A stretch of 64,000 nt of DNA from Rhina ancylostomus (taxonomy: Eukaryota). The DNA lies in the NCBI GenBank assembly GCA_030265395.1, contig JARFYF010000084.1, forward strand, positions 74,600,065-74,664,064. The letters are read 5' to 3'. Numbering within the stretch: position 1 is the stretch's first letter; the number at the start of each line of letters is the position of its first letter. Below the pieces are notes generated by a model, which worked only from the letters and a program-made list of their open reading frames with translations, did not search any database and was not told the DNA's origin. This document shows, piece by piece, positions 1 to 14,712 of this stretch. Both the position numbers and the translations under genes were made by a program.

Positions 1-2399
1 TATTCTGCAGAAGTAGGGAGAAGCTTGCAACCAGCACACTGAGTGTGAGTTGATTGCCAAATACAACTGGCAAAGAAAACCTCAACTCCAACCATCACTC
101 AGCATTGTTGCAAGGCACACGGGGGAGGCAGGGGACACAAGCAAGATGAGGTGCAAAGTTAACTTTGGCCAGCTGCATTTAGTGTGTGAAAGTCGATAAA
201 ACTGTACCACCCCCACCCACCATTACACAATACAAACACAACCACTGGAAACAAAGCACAGCCTAGACATCCAACTTCCCTTTCCCCTCCTCGTCCGGTA
301 TCATAACTGACACTCAATAAGTGTTTTTAAAAAAATCAAGATCTTTAAAACTAAACAAAGTCTTCGACTCATCCTGACGTGCCGGATATGGCCACCATAA
401 CTGACGCCAACACAGGGTCAGAAACCTTAAAAGGTGCTCAGTAATGAATGGCTCTGGCTGCCAGTTCTGACCATCTCCTATTTAAAAGGTTAATGATCAT
501 TGCCTCACAACAGCAATCATTTGCTTCATAAAATCTTCTACAACACCACAATTTAGTCATAAAATCCCAAGGATAACTTGTAAATTTTGGGAGAACTACC
601 TCAAAGAGAAGTTCCTCATTATTCTTTACATAATGTACCATTTTACAGAAGTCTGCTACACAAATGTTCCTTTGTTTCACCCCTTTGATGTGTTCATTAC
701 TGGGAGGCCATCAGCTGTAGCATCGACACCAACTCCTCCCAAATCAGGGCAGCACAGTTAGGTGCTGAGCAGCGCTCTCGCCCCCACTTGGTCCCAACAG
801 TGTACAACAGCACTCATTGCATGAGCATATTACAAACAACTAGGGTCAAACTGCAGAACAGCTCCAAAGAGATGACAATTCAACCATGCAGCGAGCAACT
901 ATAAATGAAACCCTATAAACCAAGACCATCGGTTCAAACCATATGAGCAGTTTAATTTCCTTTTCACTTCAAGGTTAGTTTTACGTTTTGGGATGCATTC
1001 TTCAACTAAGTTTCCACTCCAAGCAGCCTTTAGTGGGTATGTAACTGGGTGGGGTGGAATTTTAATTCCCCTACCAAGATTTCTGTCAGACAGCCAGGAC
1101 AAATAATAAATATTACCCTGCTAGTCTCTAGCACTGACAGAAGGTGATAAGTAAAACAGGTCATGTGGGAAAACATCCCAATTTCAACTTAAACTGAGGC
1201 CGAGGAGCAAGGGGGCAGGGGGTAATGAGTAAATGATGGACAAGAAACACCAGGTAAATGCTGAAATATTTTCAACGCTGCTCTCTCATGCCCGATGCCC
1301 CAACTCTGGCTTCAGAGCCAGTTTACGGGAATATCCCAGTTCACTGATTCTGCTGCTTCACCACTATCCATTATGTTTCCAGTTTTCATGCTTGCCCTGC
1401 AGTAAGCATGCATCTTCCCCAATGCTTAGGGCATTTATTCTCCCCACTGACGGCTACACGATCAGACCCTCTACTAATTGCCTCACGACTGCAAAGAGTG
1501 ACACTTAGCCCCAGATGGGGTGGTTGAATGGGCAACGCCCTCTCAATTAGCCCTTGGCTGCACTGCTGTAAAAGACCAAGAATGATTTTGTACATACAAT
1601 TTGTATGCAACTGCCCTCCATCAACTAGTCTCTAGTGCCTTGTCCTGTTTTATTGGGAGATGCTGCAGATTTTATCCCAATTTCTTTTTCAACCACATTT
1701 AAGCAGACACAGTTCTCTAGGTAAACTGACCAACTGCACAAGCAACTGCTGCTATGAACCCAGACACTTGCCCATAGGACAACGTTGTTGTCAATGGGTG
1801 CACCTATTGCCAAGGCTGGTGTATCTGCATAAAATGGAGCCAGGTTGTCAGTAATAATCCAATTCCAAAATGAGGAGTTGCCAGTCAGGTTATCAAGGCG
1901 CTAGAAGCTTGTGTGTTTGCTCCGAGGGTGAGGGGAAGAACAGGAAGAGGCCAAGTGCACCAATTCTACCAATTTAAAGTCATAATCATAAACAACACAA
2001 CTGCATGCACAGGAGGCACCTCCTGACCATGCTCATCTTCAAATAACTTCCAGATGTTCACTTGGATTCTCCAGTTTCAGGAATCATGTGGAATCACTCA
2101 CGAATAACTTCCTGTGGCAAAAATAACCGCACTCCTCCTGAAAACCACACTTTGTTTCTCCTCATTAGGGATTTTCTACAAGTAATAATGCAGGTGAAGT
2201 ATCAATGACCTAATTTCTGCTTTGTAAACATAATTATTACAGCTGTTTCCGAGTCAACGTATGAAATTGTTACTTAAAATATAGTCACTAATATTGTGAT
2301 ATTTGCTGTTTTTAACAATGAAATCATACCAACCAACACAAATGGTTTAAGTAATACAAGCATTGAGAGATGCTGAAATGCAAATTAAAACAAAAACTA

Positions 2400-2750
<351 letters not shown>

Positions 2751-3002
2751 TCAATTTAGTCACATTTTAATATATGCAATAGAAATGCTTTATCACTTCA
2801 TATAACTCTAATGCATAATAGCCAGAGTGCAGTATTAACATCGTAACCCCAGGCCATGTAGAACACCATTCCATCAGCAGCAGCAGCTGACAGGCCACAG
2901 TCGAGGTGACTGATAACTGCATCAGCCACTTTCACTAATTTTAGTCCAAAACATTTAAAGAACACTCAGAATGCAGATAAATGCACTGCCACCCTTCACA
3001 AA

Positions 3003-3824
3003 AACATAGAAAACCGATGGCACAATTCAGGCCCTTCGGCCCACAAAGCTGTGCTGAACATGTTTCTACCTTAGAGATTACTAGGCTTACCCATTGCCCT
3101 CTATTTTTCTAAGCTCCATGTACATATCCAAAAGTCTCTTAAAAGATCCTATCGTATCCACCTCCACCACCATTGCCGGCAGCCCATTCCACACACTCAC
3201 CACTCAGTAAAAAACTTACCCCTGACAACTTTATACCTTCTCCCCAGTACCTTAAACCTGTGTCCTCTTGTGGCAACCATTCCAGACCTGGGAAAAAGCC
3301 ACTNNNNNNNNNNCCCCATCCTCTGTTGCTCCAAGGAGAAAAGGCCAACAAGTTCCCTCAACTTGTTTTTAATAAGGCATGCTCCCCAATCCAGGCAGCA
3401 TCCTTGTAATCTCCTCTGCACCCTTTCTACGACTTCCACATCCTTCCTGTAGTGAGGTGAACATAAACTGAGCACAGTATTCCAAGTGGGGTCTGACCAT
3501 GGTCCTGTAAAGCTGCAACATTACCTCTCGGCTCCTAAATTCAATTCAACGATTGATGAAGGACAATGTATCATATGCCTTCTTAACCAGAGTCAACTTG
3601 TGCAGCTGCTTTGAGTGTCCTATGGACTCTGACCCCAAGATCCCTCTAATTCCCCATACTGCCAAGAGTCTTACCATTANNNNNNNNNNNNNNNNNNNNN
3701 NNNNNNNNNNNNNNNNNNTCCTACCATTAATACTATATTCTGCCATCATATTTGATCTACCAAAATGAACCACTTCACACTTATCTGGGTTGAACTCCAT
3801 CGGCCACTTCTCAGTCCAGTTTTC
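3003..3824 (-). mobile_element. CR1-clade (HER1-like) LINE, 3' fragment
   Basis: MEFNPDKCEVVHFGRSN and PHYRKDVEVVERVQRR peptides; tail gggccgaagggcctg..ctatgttt. Confidence 0.9.
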
Positions 3825-4349
3825 AGTAACTAAGGAAGCCCAAAAAGATCAAAAACAATTTGCAGCCAGCTTTTGATTTACCATTTTACCAACAGGCTTT
3901 CAATAAAGTTGAAGTAGACCTATATGGATACAAGAATTTAAATCAGATGCTCAAAAACTCAAGAGCAAAACAGAGAAAACCATGCAGGTCTTTTTCACCC
4001 TGCTCCACCATTCTATAAGGTCAGGCTGATCCGCCTATTTCACTGCCTGATCCCCACATCCCTCTATTCTAATGAGCCTAAATATCTTTTGATTTTGGCT
4101 TTCAATGTAATCAATGACCCAGCTGCCACAACCTCCAGAATAAAGAAATCTCATTCTCAGGGAAACTATTTGTTTATTCCTCCTCAGGCATTCTTCCAAC
4201 CTTACACGTTCTACCTGCTACCTTTGAGTCGACATGTTCATCATCTATACCTTACTTTCCCTTCTGGTTATGTTATACTCTGATCTTTTCCTCAAAAGGC
4301 ATAGCTAGAAATTGGGAATGGCTGAAGGCACAGATTTTTGTTTTAGATT

Positions 4350-4830
4350 CATTCATTTTTCAAGATCTGGGCATCACTAACAAGACCAGCATTTATTCTC
4401 CACCCCTAATCGTCCTCAAGAAGGGGATGGTGAGCCGCTGTGGTCCTGCTGGTGAAAGTACTCCCACAGGGTAGAGAGTTCCAGAATTGAAGCCAAGCAA
4501 CAATGAAGGAATGGCGATATATTTTCATGTCAGGATGGCTGCAACCTGGAGGCAGAGTTCCCATGTGCCTGCTGCTCTGGTCTTTTGTGGTAGCAGCAGT
4601 CACAAATTTGGGAGGTGCCATCAGAATAGCCTGGGTTAGCAACTGCAGTGTATTTAATAGGTGGAACACAAGGTATCTACCATGTGCTGGTAGTAGAGTG
4701 AATGAATGTCTAGGATGATAAATGGGGTACCAATCGAGAAGCTTAGTTTGTCATGGATGGTGTCAAGCATTGTTGGATCTACACTCAGACAAGTGGGGAA
4801 TATTCCATCAAACCCCTAATTTGCATCCCA
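4350..4830 (-). mobile_element. Jockey-group (CR1/L2-related) LINE 3' remnant, family B
   Basis: Reverse strand has MEYSPL coding remnant and the caccatccccttcttgaggacgattaggg..aataaatgctggtcttg tail shared with the copies at 7764, 12950 and 46390. Confidence 0.65.
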
Positions 4831-7763
4831 TAGGCTATAGAAAGACTTTGGAATATACTGATCCCCATGGAAATCCAGCTATTAACAGTCTAGCAACTGA
4901 AAAGGACTAATTTAGTCCTCATCACCGATTTCTGTCCTCCTAACCAATCCTCCATCCTCGGCAATTTATTACCTCAATGCCATGAGATATTATATTACTA
5001 CTAATCAGCTTTTTAAAATCCAGTTTCATCACAGTTACTGGTTCCCCTATGCACATTCCAGGTTAAAATCCTTAAAAATTGCTTGCAGATTTGTTAAACA
5101 GTCCTTTATTCCAGCAAGGAGGAGGAAAATTAGCTATGGTTTAATCTCCAAATAGTCATATGTTGTGAGGACCTACAGTACAGAATCAGAAGAATAAAGT
5201 ACCCTTGCCTATGCACCAAGAGACAATTAAAGGGAGTTCTGTGACATCAAGTCGCAACACCACGAGTGACTGTTCTAATCAAACGCAAGCAGTTTCCAGG
5301 CAGATTACTCCCATCTCATCTCTCCAAGTTGGATCTAAAGCCATTTCATAGAGTTACCTGACAGAACAGTTAAATGTACTATACCAAGCAGATATGCAAA
5401 TTAAATTTCAATTTCAGATATTTCTTCAAATCAATAAAGGAGTTTATCATTTAGTAAGACAACATATGATTGCAAAGAAAAAGGGGGAAATCTTGTCTTT
5501 GAGAAATAATTTATTTTGTTGGTAAAAATCTACTATTCATTGTTAAAACTAGTATCTATGAGGAGGAGGATATAAATAAATCAATCAGTATTAAGTATCG
5601 TCCTTTTAAGGACGACATGTCTTTACATGCCGGCTCTGTAAGTTCAATTATTTTCTTCTGCTCATTTCATACGTAAGGGATCTTAGCCAAGTCACAACCA
5701 TAGTCTTTTGGCAGGAATGGATTCAGAGTCAAACAACATGGAAATCGCCAAGTGGTTACAGAAATATTAAATGACAGTTCCACTGGTGAATAAGCAAAGC
5801 AGCAGACTTGTACAGAGGTTGAAATCCCTCCAGGAATCAGGATTAGGGACAAAATGTTAATCATCCTCAGAGAATTAAAATGATAATTTCATGGACCAAA
5901 GGCTACAAACAGGTGCCAAGAACTACCAGGTAGTTTAGGATTGTTTGTAGCCCTGGCTTAATGACCCCCTGCAAAAATTGAGTTGTCCCAAGTTAGCTTT
6001 TGCAGTGAGCAAAGAAAATATCATCCTTGGAAAGACCCAGGAAAAGACTCAGCCAGTTGTTAAATGGAGGTAAATACATTTTTGAAATATCAGGGAATTA
6101 AGGGCTGTCTGGAACTGGCACAGAGGAGGAATTGAGGCTTAAGGCAGATCAATCTTGATCATATGAATGGCAGGGCAGGTTAGGTTAGGTTTGAGGACTT
6201 GGTGACCCACATCTGGTCCTATTTTCTTGTGAAGTCCCTCTCAGGTTGGCCCCAACCTGTCCAAAAGTGACTTGGTGCAAAGATTCACTTTGTTTAGCCT
6301 CTAGTGCAGTGGGTTAAACTTTTGTGTGCTATAGAGATAAGTTTTGGCAGACAACTCTGTTTGTACATTTATATAATTAGTGTTATTATTAGAAAGTACC
6401 TCTAATCCAGTCACATACTTGAAGTGTTGGACAGTCACCTCAAGTCCATAACTCAAGAAAAATTGAATAACTGCAATCATCTGCCACGGATTAGAAACTG
6501 ATTTACAAGAAGTAAATTTACTCTTTTCCACTGAAGTGCGATGATCACAGTGCACAAATAATCTGTGTAAGCCAAGTTGCTGGATGAAGGCTTTCCCATG
6601 GATAGGGTATAAATCACTGAACAAACTCCTTTAACCAAAGATGCCTGCCCTGTGCCAAGTTGGTCAGAGATGGGAAGCACAAGTGGAATTCCCAGTTGGA
6701 AATTAAGATCATGGGGAAGCAAATGATGAGATGATGAGGCTCAGCTGTGATCACATGCATAGATAAATAGTTTGCCAGCATATACATGAACAGTTTCTTG
6801 TGAAAGATACTGAATGTTGCCAGAGCTCATGGTAATTGTATGCCAGCAAGCTTCAGTTGGTGGTGGCAGAAAGGGGGCGGGGTAAGGGAAAGAGAGGAGG
6901 AAATAAAGAAGATTCAACACCAGCAACTTTTAACCAAATTAGCTACTGCACTCATTATCATAGAAAACTTCATCAAACCTATTTGCAACAGGGCATCGCC
7001 CACTTTAAATCTCAAGGGACTAAGCAGTTATTTTTGCAACAGAATGCATCTTCAAATTACTGGAAATAACTGTAACTTTCACATTCTCCTTGGAGAGAAA
7101 GATTTCTAAATTAAGAAAATGCTGAACTGTGCTCATCCACTCTAAGTATAGGACGTTTCGAACAACAGTCAATGCTTCACAATGCAAAAGAGCTCCTTCA
7201 ACCTCCACTGGGCCTCAGCACAGCTGCTAATGGATGTAGAAAATATAATAGCCCCAGTCAACGGTCCGAATTTCTGTAATACTGGTAATGATTATAAACC
7301 ACTGGTTTCATTGTCATTTATAAATGAATGATGAACTGAAATTACTTTCATTCACTTAGCATGATGTACATTGACAAAGTGACAATCAATTTAATAGCAG
7401 GATGTGGAAAATACAAACCAGGACATTTTCCCTTTTTAATGCAATGTTATACTCTACTCTCCAGAGCTCTGCACTAAGTCAGTTAATGACTTAGCATGGA
7501 GTAGTAATACAGTAGCCATCCCTGTGGATTTCATCAAGATAATACAGGAGAACAGAATTGAACATCAGTTCACAACCCATCCATGAAACAGTAGCAATGA
7601 CTGGCCACTGTGACAGGCATTCTGACTGCAATTGTGATCTCTCTCCTTTTTAAGGGTCAAAGATTACACTGATCAACGACTCCTGACAGGTGAAGTCATA
7701 GCCAGAAGAAAAATGAAGATGCCAGGCTATTTTGGGAATCTGAGGTGTTGGCAGTACTCCTAC

Positions 7764-8190
7764 TGGGTTCTGCTCCAGCAATGTTCAGAGATCAATCTCA
7801 TCCAAGGCAAAGCAGACCACTTATTTGGCACCCCATCCACCTCCCTAAACAGTTGCTTCCTCCGCTACCAGCGCACAGTGGCTGCAGTATACGCCTTCTA
7901 CAGAATAATCTTTATTTACTCTACCAACAACATGGAGGAGGACACCACCACCTGCCCCTCCTCCAAACTACATAGCACTCTGATGTGGGAATATAATTAC
8001 TGCTCCTTCCTCATTGCTAGGTCTAAATCTTGGAGCTCTGTACCCAACAGCATCGTGGAAGCACCTTCACCAGAGGAACTGCAGCAGTTCAAGGTGGCAG
8101 CTTGCCACCAAATTCTCCTGGGCAACTGGGGGAGAGGTGATAAATGCTGGCCCTGCCAGCCAGTGTTGCCAACTTCCAGCAAAATGCTTC
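7764..8190 (+). mobile_element. Jockey-group LINE 3' remnant, family B
   Basis: IQGKADHLFGTP peptide; tail gcagcagttcaaggtggcagcttgccacc..ataaatgctggccctgccagc. Confidence 0.7.
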
Positions 8191-8654
8191 GGTAAAAGAA
8201 AGTACAAAAGGCTGCAACTTCTGGCCTTGAGCACATAACCTCGCTGGACAGCTCGACACCCAAGGCTGTCTAAACCTTGCAGGTCTGAGGCGAACCACCA
8301 GCAATCAACCTCTCCCACATAATTTCTTACAAAGTAGAAGGAGGCTGTTCAGCCCATTGAGTCTAATCCAGCAATCAGCAACACAAATAGTCCTATTCCC
8401 CGACTTGGCGATAAGCACAGCTAATTCTGTAGCACAGGTCTTTAGTACTACAGCTGGGATGCTGTCTCTTCACATAAGCCTCACTTTGGCCAGAGCTCTC
8501 AGCTGTTTCTCATTTCTTATGATGCAAGGAAAACCACACTAAAAGCAACAAGCAGAGTAATATCCCTTCTAAAATGCACCACAGGGTATCCAACTCATTG
8601 ATAAATTCACAATTTATGTTTCATTTGCAAAGGAAGGCACGGCAGCTTGCCACA

Positions 8655-9055
8655 ACTTATAGAGGTGTATAACATCATGGGGGTGTAGATAGGGTGAATG
8701 CACACAATCTTTTCCCCAGGGAAAAGAAATCAAAAACTCAAAGACATAGGCTTATGATGAGAGGGGAACGGTTTATGATGAAGGGGGAAAAGACTTAAAT
8801 GGGATCTGAGGGGCAACTACTTCACCCAGTGGGTGGTCAGCATATGGAGCAAGCTGCCAGAGGAAGTGGTCAAGTCAGATACAATGACAACATTTAAAGG
8901 ACACTTGACAGGACAGGTACAAGGATAGGAAAGGTTCAGAGAGATATAGGCCAAATATGGGCAAATTAGACTAGCTGAGGTAGAAATTTTGGTTGGGATG
9001 GGCGAGTTGGGCCAAAGGGCCTGTTTCCCTGCAGTATTACTCTAGGACTCTAAGG
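8655..9055 (+). mobile_element. CR1-clade LINE 3' end
   Basis: cttatagaggtgtataacatcatg..gggcaactacttcacccag..gggccaaagggcctgtttccctgcagtattactct tail. Confidence 0.85.
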
Positions 9056-10479
9056 ATGAAGAACTTTTTAAGATCCAAGATAATCCTAAACACTCTGCAA
9101 ACCATTTACATTCTCTTGAAGAGTAAAACAGGAAAAGCAGCAGCTAATTTTTACACTGTTTCTTTAAACACAAGGTTACCACCCAGCCCATCTAGATCTC
9201 CCTGAAAACTGCCCATATTTTCTTGCACTTTATCCGTGCCATTTTAATTTGACCATTTTCAAATTGGTCATTCGTTTCTCTTTTTACTGCTACATGGATT
9301 CTGTCTACAAATACTGTTGAATCCTCCCATGGATTTTGGATCATTTTCTTATGAGGGAACAAATTAAATTTTAAATCTGCCAGATGATTTGTTCTCAGTT
9401 TCAAAAGCTGACAAAGGATTGATAATGGAAGATTTCAGAGTTCAATCTTCAAACATATCAAATCTTGCCAGAAAGCATCGAGAGCAGCAAACCGTAGCAA
9501 CTGCTGAATTCACACCCCCTCTACTTTCTGAAGGTTACAACTGTTACTGGGATACAGTTTCACAGCCTCCTCGAGGAGCCACGTTGCCTGCTCCTGCCTC
9601 CTATTTCTTGCATAATGTGGCTTTGCTTTCAACACAATTATTTACCTTGGTCAGTGCAACATCCTACCTGGACTGACAGAATTGGACAATTTATCTAGAT
9701 TATCAAAACCAAGGGAAGGTATCAAACATAGTTAAAATTTAAGGAAATGTAATCATCAGCTTAGTGCTTTAAAGCATCAAGCAAAAATATAAAATTATGC
9801 CTTTATTGGAGAATGTTCAATATCTTTCAGATATATTTTAATTTTGCCACTCCATTCCTTAATTCGATCACCTCTACCCCAGTGCAGCAACGGATCTCAA
9901 AGTGACTCAGAAATCTGATGTTGTGCCCACTGATCCATCCTCTGTGTGGAATAACTATCTGTGTGGAATAACTATCAATGTGGGTTGCTGTGTTTCTCTT
10001 TTCTCTTAATGCATTGCTTTCAGTTACAGGGGCAAGACATTCCTCTTCGATGTAGATCCCTGCTTCTCGAGGGTCACTGAGACTAGACAACAACCTGCCC
10101 TTCCCAATCCATGATGCCCATGTTGATCTCCCTTGACTGACATTGAATCTGTAGGAGTGATTAAGCTGAGTACAGTAACACGCTGATAATCCGCTATCTG
10201 ATTATTCATAAATCCCCATGATTTGCCATCTGGCTCACCTAATGTTGCTCAGCATACTCCTTTGCCACAACCCTGGCTCCCCACACTCCCCTCCGACCCA
10301 ACAAGGCCCCAGCTCTCGCATTGCTGAGTTCATTGGAAGATGTATTGTTCTGTTGTGTAACATCCAAAGTAAATTAAAAGTATGTTGGAGCCTTAATAGG
10401 GAATAACATCCAATAGTCCTGAAATTCTTCTGGTGCAGCATTGCCAACCGTGATGAATTAACAGTCAAGGGTTAACCAC

Positions 10480-11300
10480 GTAGATACAACATTCAGGCCA
10501 ACAAAGATGCCAAAAGGATCATTGCCTCAATGCCAGTGACATTGGCTTTGGTGACAACATTTGTGTTCGTGCTGTGATTTTCCCATGTAATGCCTCTGAA
10601 GGGAGACATTCCTGAACTGCACGTCATTTGCAACAGATGCCACTAACAAATCAATACCTCAACACCATGAAGAGAATCTTTCACCAACTCCCCCTCCAAA
10701 GATGTGCCATCAAACACGATTGACCAAGTTGTTGGACCTCATGCAGATTCAGAGCGCCATGTGACAGTTAACCATATCTTTCATCAACATAACAATGGCT
10801 TTTGATGCCATAAGACCCCAAAGCTTTGTGGAAGATGCTGACTAGATATGGCTGCTCCACAAAATTCATCAAGGTTCTCTTCAATGAAATGACTGCCAGC
10901 ATTCTGCACAATGGCTCAGGGAGAGACCTGTCTATTCCCTAAACTGAGGTCAAGCAAGGATATGCCATCTATCCAACCTCATCCTCCATTTTCATAACGA
11001 TCATCCTATTGTTCACCAATTGCTGCCTTCCTGCTGGAATTAATATCAAATGCAGAATGCGTGGAAGGCCTTTCAACCTTGGACGAGTCTATTGAAAGAC
11101 CAAAATTTCTACAGAATTCGTGACTCTCCTCCAATATGCTAATTATAATTCCACTCATGCACACAAGATTCTTTGTGAAATCTTACTGAAGCCTGCAACT
11201 CTCACATGACATCAAGCATCAAGAACACCAATGTATTTTGTTAGCCTGCACGTGGACCTGCAAAATGACTGTACAACTCAACATCAAGGGTGAGAGCCTG
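10480..11300 (+). mobile_element. Decayed RTE-clade LINE reverse transcriptase remnant
   Basis: Frameshifted AFDA..ALWKMLTRYGCSTKFI..TEVKQGYAIYPT..GRPFNLGR..LLQYANY, matching RTE motifs (GVKQGC, GKLFNL, LQYADD). Confidence 0.75.
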
Positions 11301-12504
11301 GACTCGGATAAGGATCATCTTTCCTTAACAATCAATAGTGATTTGAGGTTCAGCATTGTATTTTCTATGGGAACCTATACCTTCATGTCTTCATTGTCCA
11401 TGATCCAGGTAAAAAGCTCAGTAAATATGCATAGCTGTATGGATGTGACCTGCTAGTATCTTCTCTAGAATCCAGAAAGCCATTACCAATAGTGCTTCTT
11501 GAAAATCCTCTGCATTTTAATCTAATGGCATTATGAAGCATTAAATCGGAATAATCAGATCCCTAAATTTGAGGAAAACATCTCCATCAGGTCAGAATTG
11601 CAATTTAAAAGACAAATACAAAAAGTGCAGTTTTAACTTAGAAACAGATTTGATCTGAGCTGTATCCACGTAATTCAGCAAAGGTTTTGCCATATTTCGT
11701 GGTGCAGAGAAAAGTGCTTGAGACTCTAATGATGGGGAGAAAGTTCATTGAATATGTAAAATAAAATCTCAAATGAAACTCGCCTTGAATTATGAAGAAA
11801 GCAAAATGAAGAACACCAAGTCTGAGACTACTGACAGGTCATTCTTGAGAGTGCTTTTGTTGGTGGTACCTGCTTTAACATTCAACACGATAGTTGACCT
11901 TCATCTGAAATCCAGAGTTGACAGAAGTCTGAGCGCTGACTGGCGAAGAAACGAGATGCCTGGGTAATTTATCCCACACCAACCCTGAACATTATGGACT
12001 GTGGCAGCCCAACTGCTGTCCCAGGAGATAACCGTTAAATGCCGTAATGAAAGCAGTCTACATGACTGAGAACCATGCCATGTGTCATATCTGCCCACTG
12101 AATTAGTCAAACTTAACAGCTGATGTAGAGTCTGTTGCTGTGGAGGGGGTAGATTCTTAAATATGATTAAAAACTGACCTACTGAGCACATAACAGTCCC
12201 GAGGACTGAGTGGCAACACATTTGGTTTTGCACTGTTGCATTACCACTAATGCTTAAGACTAAAATGACGGTGGTATCCATGTTACCTTTTGATATGAGC
12301 CATCAGGCATCCTATCAAAATGATCAAGGGCAAATGACATTCTGGGGATCACCAGTCAATTGAAACCTTACTTGAGTGGTCAAGTAAAGTGTTCTGGAGT
12401 GGTATTGTGGCTACAGAAACAGCTCACTGGCTGGGAATCCTGTGACGAGATGCTCACTCACCTCCTCTCCCTCCAAACCATCATGAGCCATGTATTTTCT
12501 TAAG

Positions 12505-12946
12505 GCATAGAAGTATGTCATTCAGCTAGAGTCTGTGCCAGCTCTCAGAACATTCCCACTCTTCCACTAATCTTTCCTGTAATCTATTCTCCCCACATTC
12601 ACATGAACTCCACCTCCCCCCTGCACCCACTAGATTCTATCACCCCAGGCCTTTTGACCCATTGAGTACACTCCATTGACTACCCATTTATACTAATACT
12701 ACAATAATCCCATTTTATTCTCCTCCAGATTCTACCACTCACCCACGCAAAGGGTAATTTACAACAGCCATTAATCTACTAACCTGCACAGCTTTGGAAT
12801 GTAGGAGGAAGTCAGAGCAACCGGGGTGGGGAGGTGGGGGAACCTATGCAGTCACAGGGAGAATGTGCAAATTCCACACGGACAGTGCCAGATTGAACCT
12901 GGGTCATCAGAGCTCTGGGGCAACAGTTCCACTAGCCATGCCACCA
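12505..12946 (-). mobile_element. HE1-type V-SINE (probably two adjacent pieces)
   Basis: Reverse strand V-domain gtgtggaatttgcacattctccctgtgactgcataggttcc..cttcctcctacattccaaag and a tRNA-like head. Confidence 0.8.
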
Positions 12947-12949
12947 CTA

Positions 12950-13410
12950 ATACATCAGGGGTGTGACGGAACACTCTCCATTTGCTTAAATCAATGGTAG
13001 TCAAATGGTTCAGCACCATCCAGGACAAAGCAGCCCACTTGACTGGCACACTGGCCCCTAACCTAAATACTCATTCCCTCTACCGTGACTGTAGTGGGCA
13101 TCATATGCACAGAAGTTTCTCGCCTGGGCTACTCCCAAACTTGTAGCCTCTACCATCTGGAAGAACAAAGGCTTCAGGTGGGAACACCACAATCTGCAAA
13201 TCACAAACCACTCTGACTTGAAAACTTGTCACCATACCCTCTCATCGCCAATGGGTCAAAATCCTAGAATTTTCTCCACAAACATACGGTTAGAGTAACC
13301 TCACTGGAATCTCAGAAGTTGCTCAGGAAATTGGTTTACCACCATCTTTTCTCGGGCAATATGAGGTGGGAATAAATACTAGCTGTGCCCTGCAACACCC
13401 ACTTCCGATT
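12950..13410 (+). mobile_element. Jockey-group LINE 3' remnant, family B
   Basis: caccatccaggacaaagcagcccacttgactggcac (TIQDKAAHLTG) and the family tail. Confidence 0.7.
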
Positions 13411-13804
13411 AAAACTTAATTTATCAGAATGGTGCAATAATTTAGATGATGAAAGAAGGGAGGTGGTTTGGGTGAGGCTTAAATGAACTGGTTGCGCCAC
13501 GTATGCTATGTCTAAGTCAATAGCCACAATGATGTAGCAACTGCTCCCTGCTTCTGAAAAAAGGGACTTACTGTGTTATTCATGTAGAATGCAAGCAGCA
13601 AAGCTCTCCACACAGCTTGTGCTAGAACCTGGAATGTTCAAATCTGGCCCAGTGCCATTTCCAAAATAACTGCAGCAGACCTCCAATAATTCATTTGGAA
13701 ATCCTGATGGCTCAGCATCTGGTTCATTGGGTGCTGATCCCCTTGCTCCCTTTAAATTTACCAGGTTCACTGGAAAATTTATTATACAATAGTGTAATGT
13801 CTGA

Positions 13805-13978
13805 GTCGGATACAATTACAACTTTTAAAAGACATTTAGACAGGCACGTGGATGGATAAGGTTTAGAGATATGGGCCAAACACAGGCAAATGGGACTAGC
13901 TCATTAGACAATTTTGCCAGCGTGGATGAGCTGGGCCAAAGGGCCAGTTTCTGTGCTGTACAACTCTATGACTCTGTA
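13805..13978 (+). mobile_element. CR1-clade LINE 3' tail
   Basis: ttttaaaagacatttagacaggcac..gggccaaagggccagtttctgtgctgtacaactctatgactct. Confidence 0.8.
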
Positions 13979-14589
13979 ACAAAAATTAATCGAAAGCATG
14001 TTACAGTATTAGTTGGAATAACATCCAATAGACTGGAAAGTCTGCCAGTCCAACACCAAAGTCCTGAGTTTGCCAGATTAACATAGCTTTTCTGTAAAGA
14101 GCTAAAATCTTCCAAATAAAAACACGGGCTTTTTGAATGACCCAAGCGCCAAAATGAGTGCAAGCTGCATGGTACTGGAAGGAATAAATGCATTGTGCCT
14201 GAAGCTTCTGTGTAGGACACAAACACAAACATTCCCTCGTCATTCAGGCATCAGTGACCATCATCACACAATAAGTGTTGTGGTATAGTCTTCAGTGGGC
14301 CTTTTATTTGCAAAGGAAGCTTAAAAGACAACTTTAAACTAATACAAATACACCACAATGTTAACTTGTGTACCCTGGTGAAATGTGGAGAAGGTGCTAG
14401 TTTTCATAGTTTTTAAAAAAAAAACATCCAGAGAAATGGGTTTTGGAATTTAGTTTATGCACTGCTGCACCCAACACTTGAATCTGGCTCAGAACAACAC
14501 AATGCAGAACCCTTTTTAAAAAAAAATATCAGCTGCCAGGATTAGGATTATAATCACACTGGAGCAATAAACATCCTGGTGATCTTCAC

Positions 14590-14712
14590 CGTCCAGTTCG
14601 GTTGAAAGGTCATGGGCCAGGTACACTGCCTCCATTTCTCTGTCGGCCTGTGTACCTCCAGCACTTCCTGTTTTTAATTTCCATTTCCAGCATCTGCAAG
14701 TATTTTGCTCTT
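14590..14712 (+). mobile_element. Penelope-like terminal repeat remnant
   Basis: tccagcacttcctgttttt..tttccagcatctgca end shared with the family. Confidence 0.5.

Noticed and set aside
9943-9976. 17-bp tandem duplication tgtgtggaataactatc
   Set aside because: Ordinary slippage duplication with only two units.
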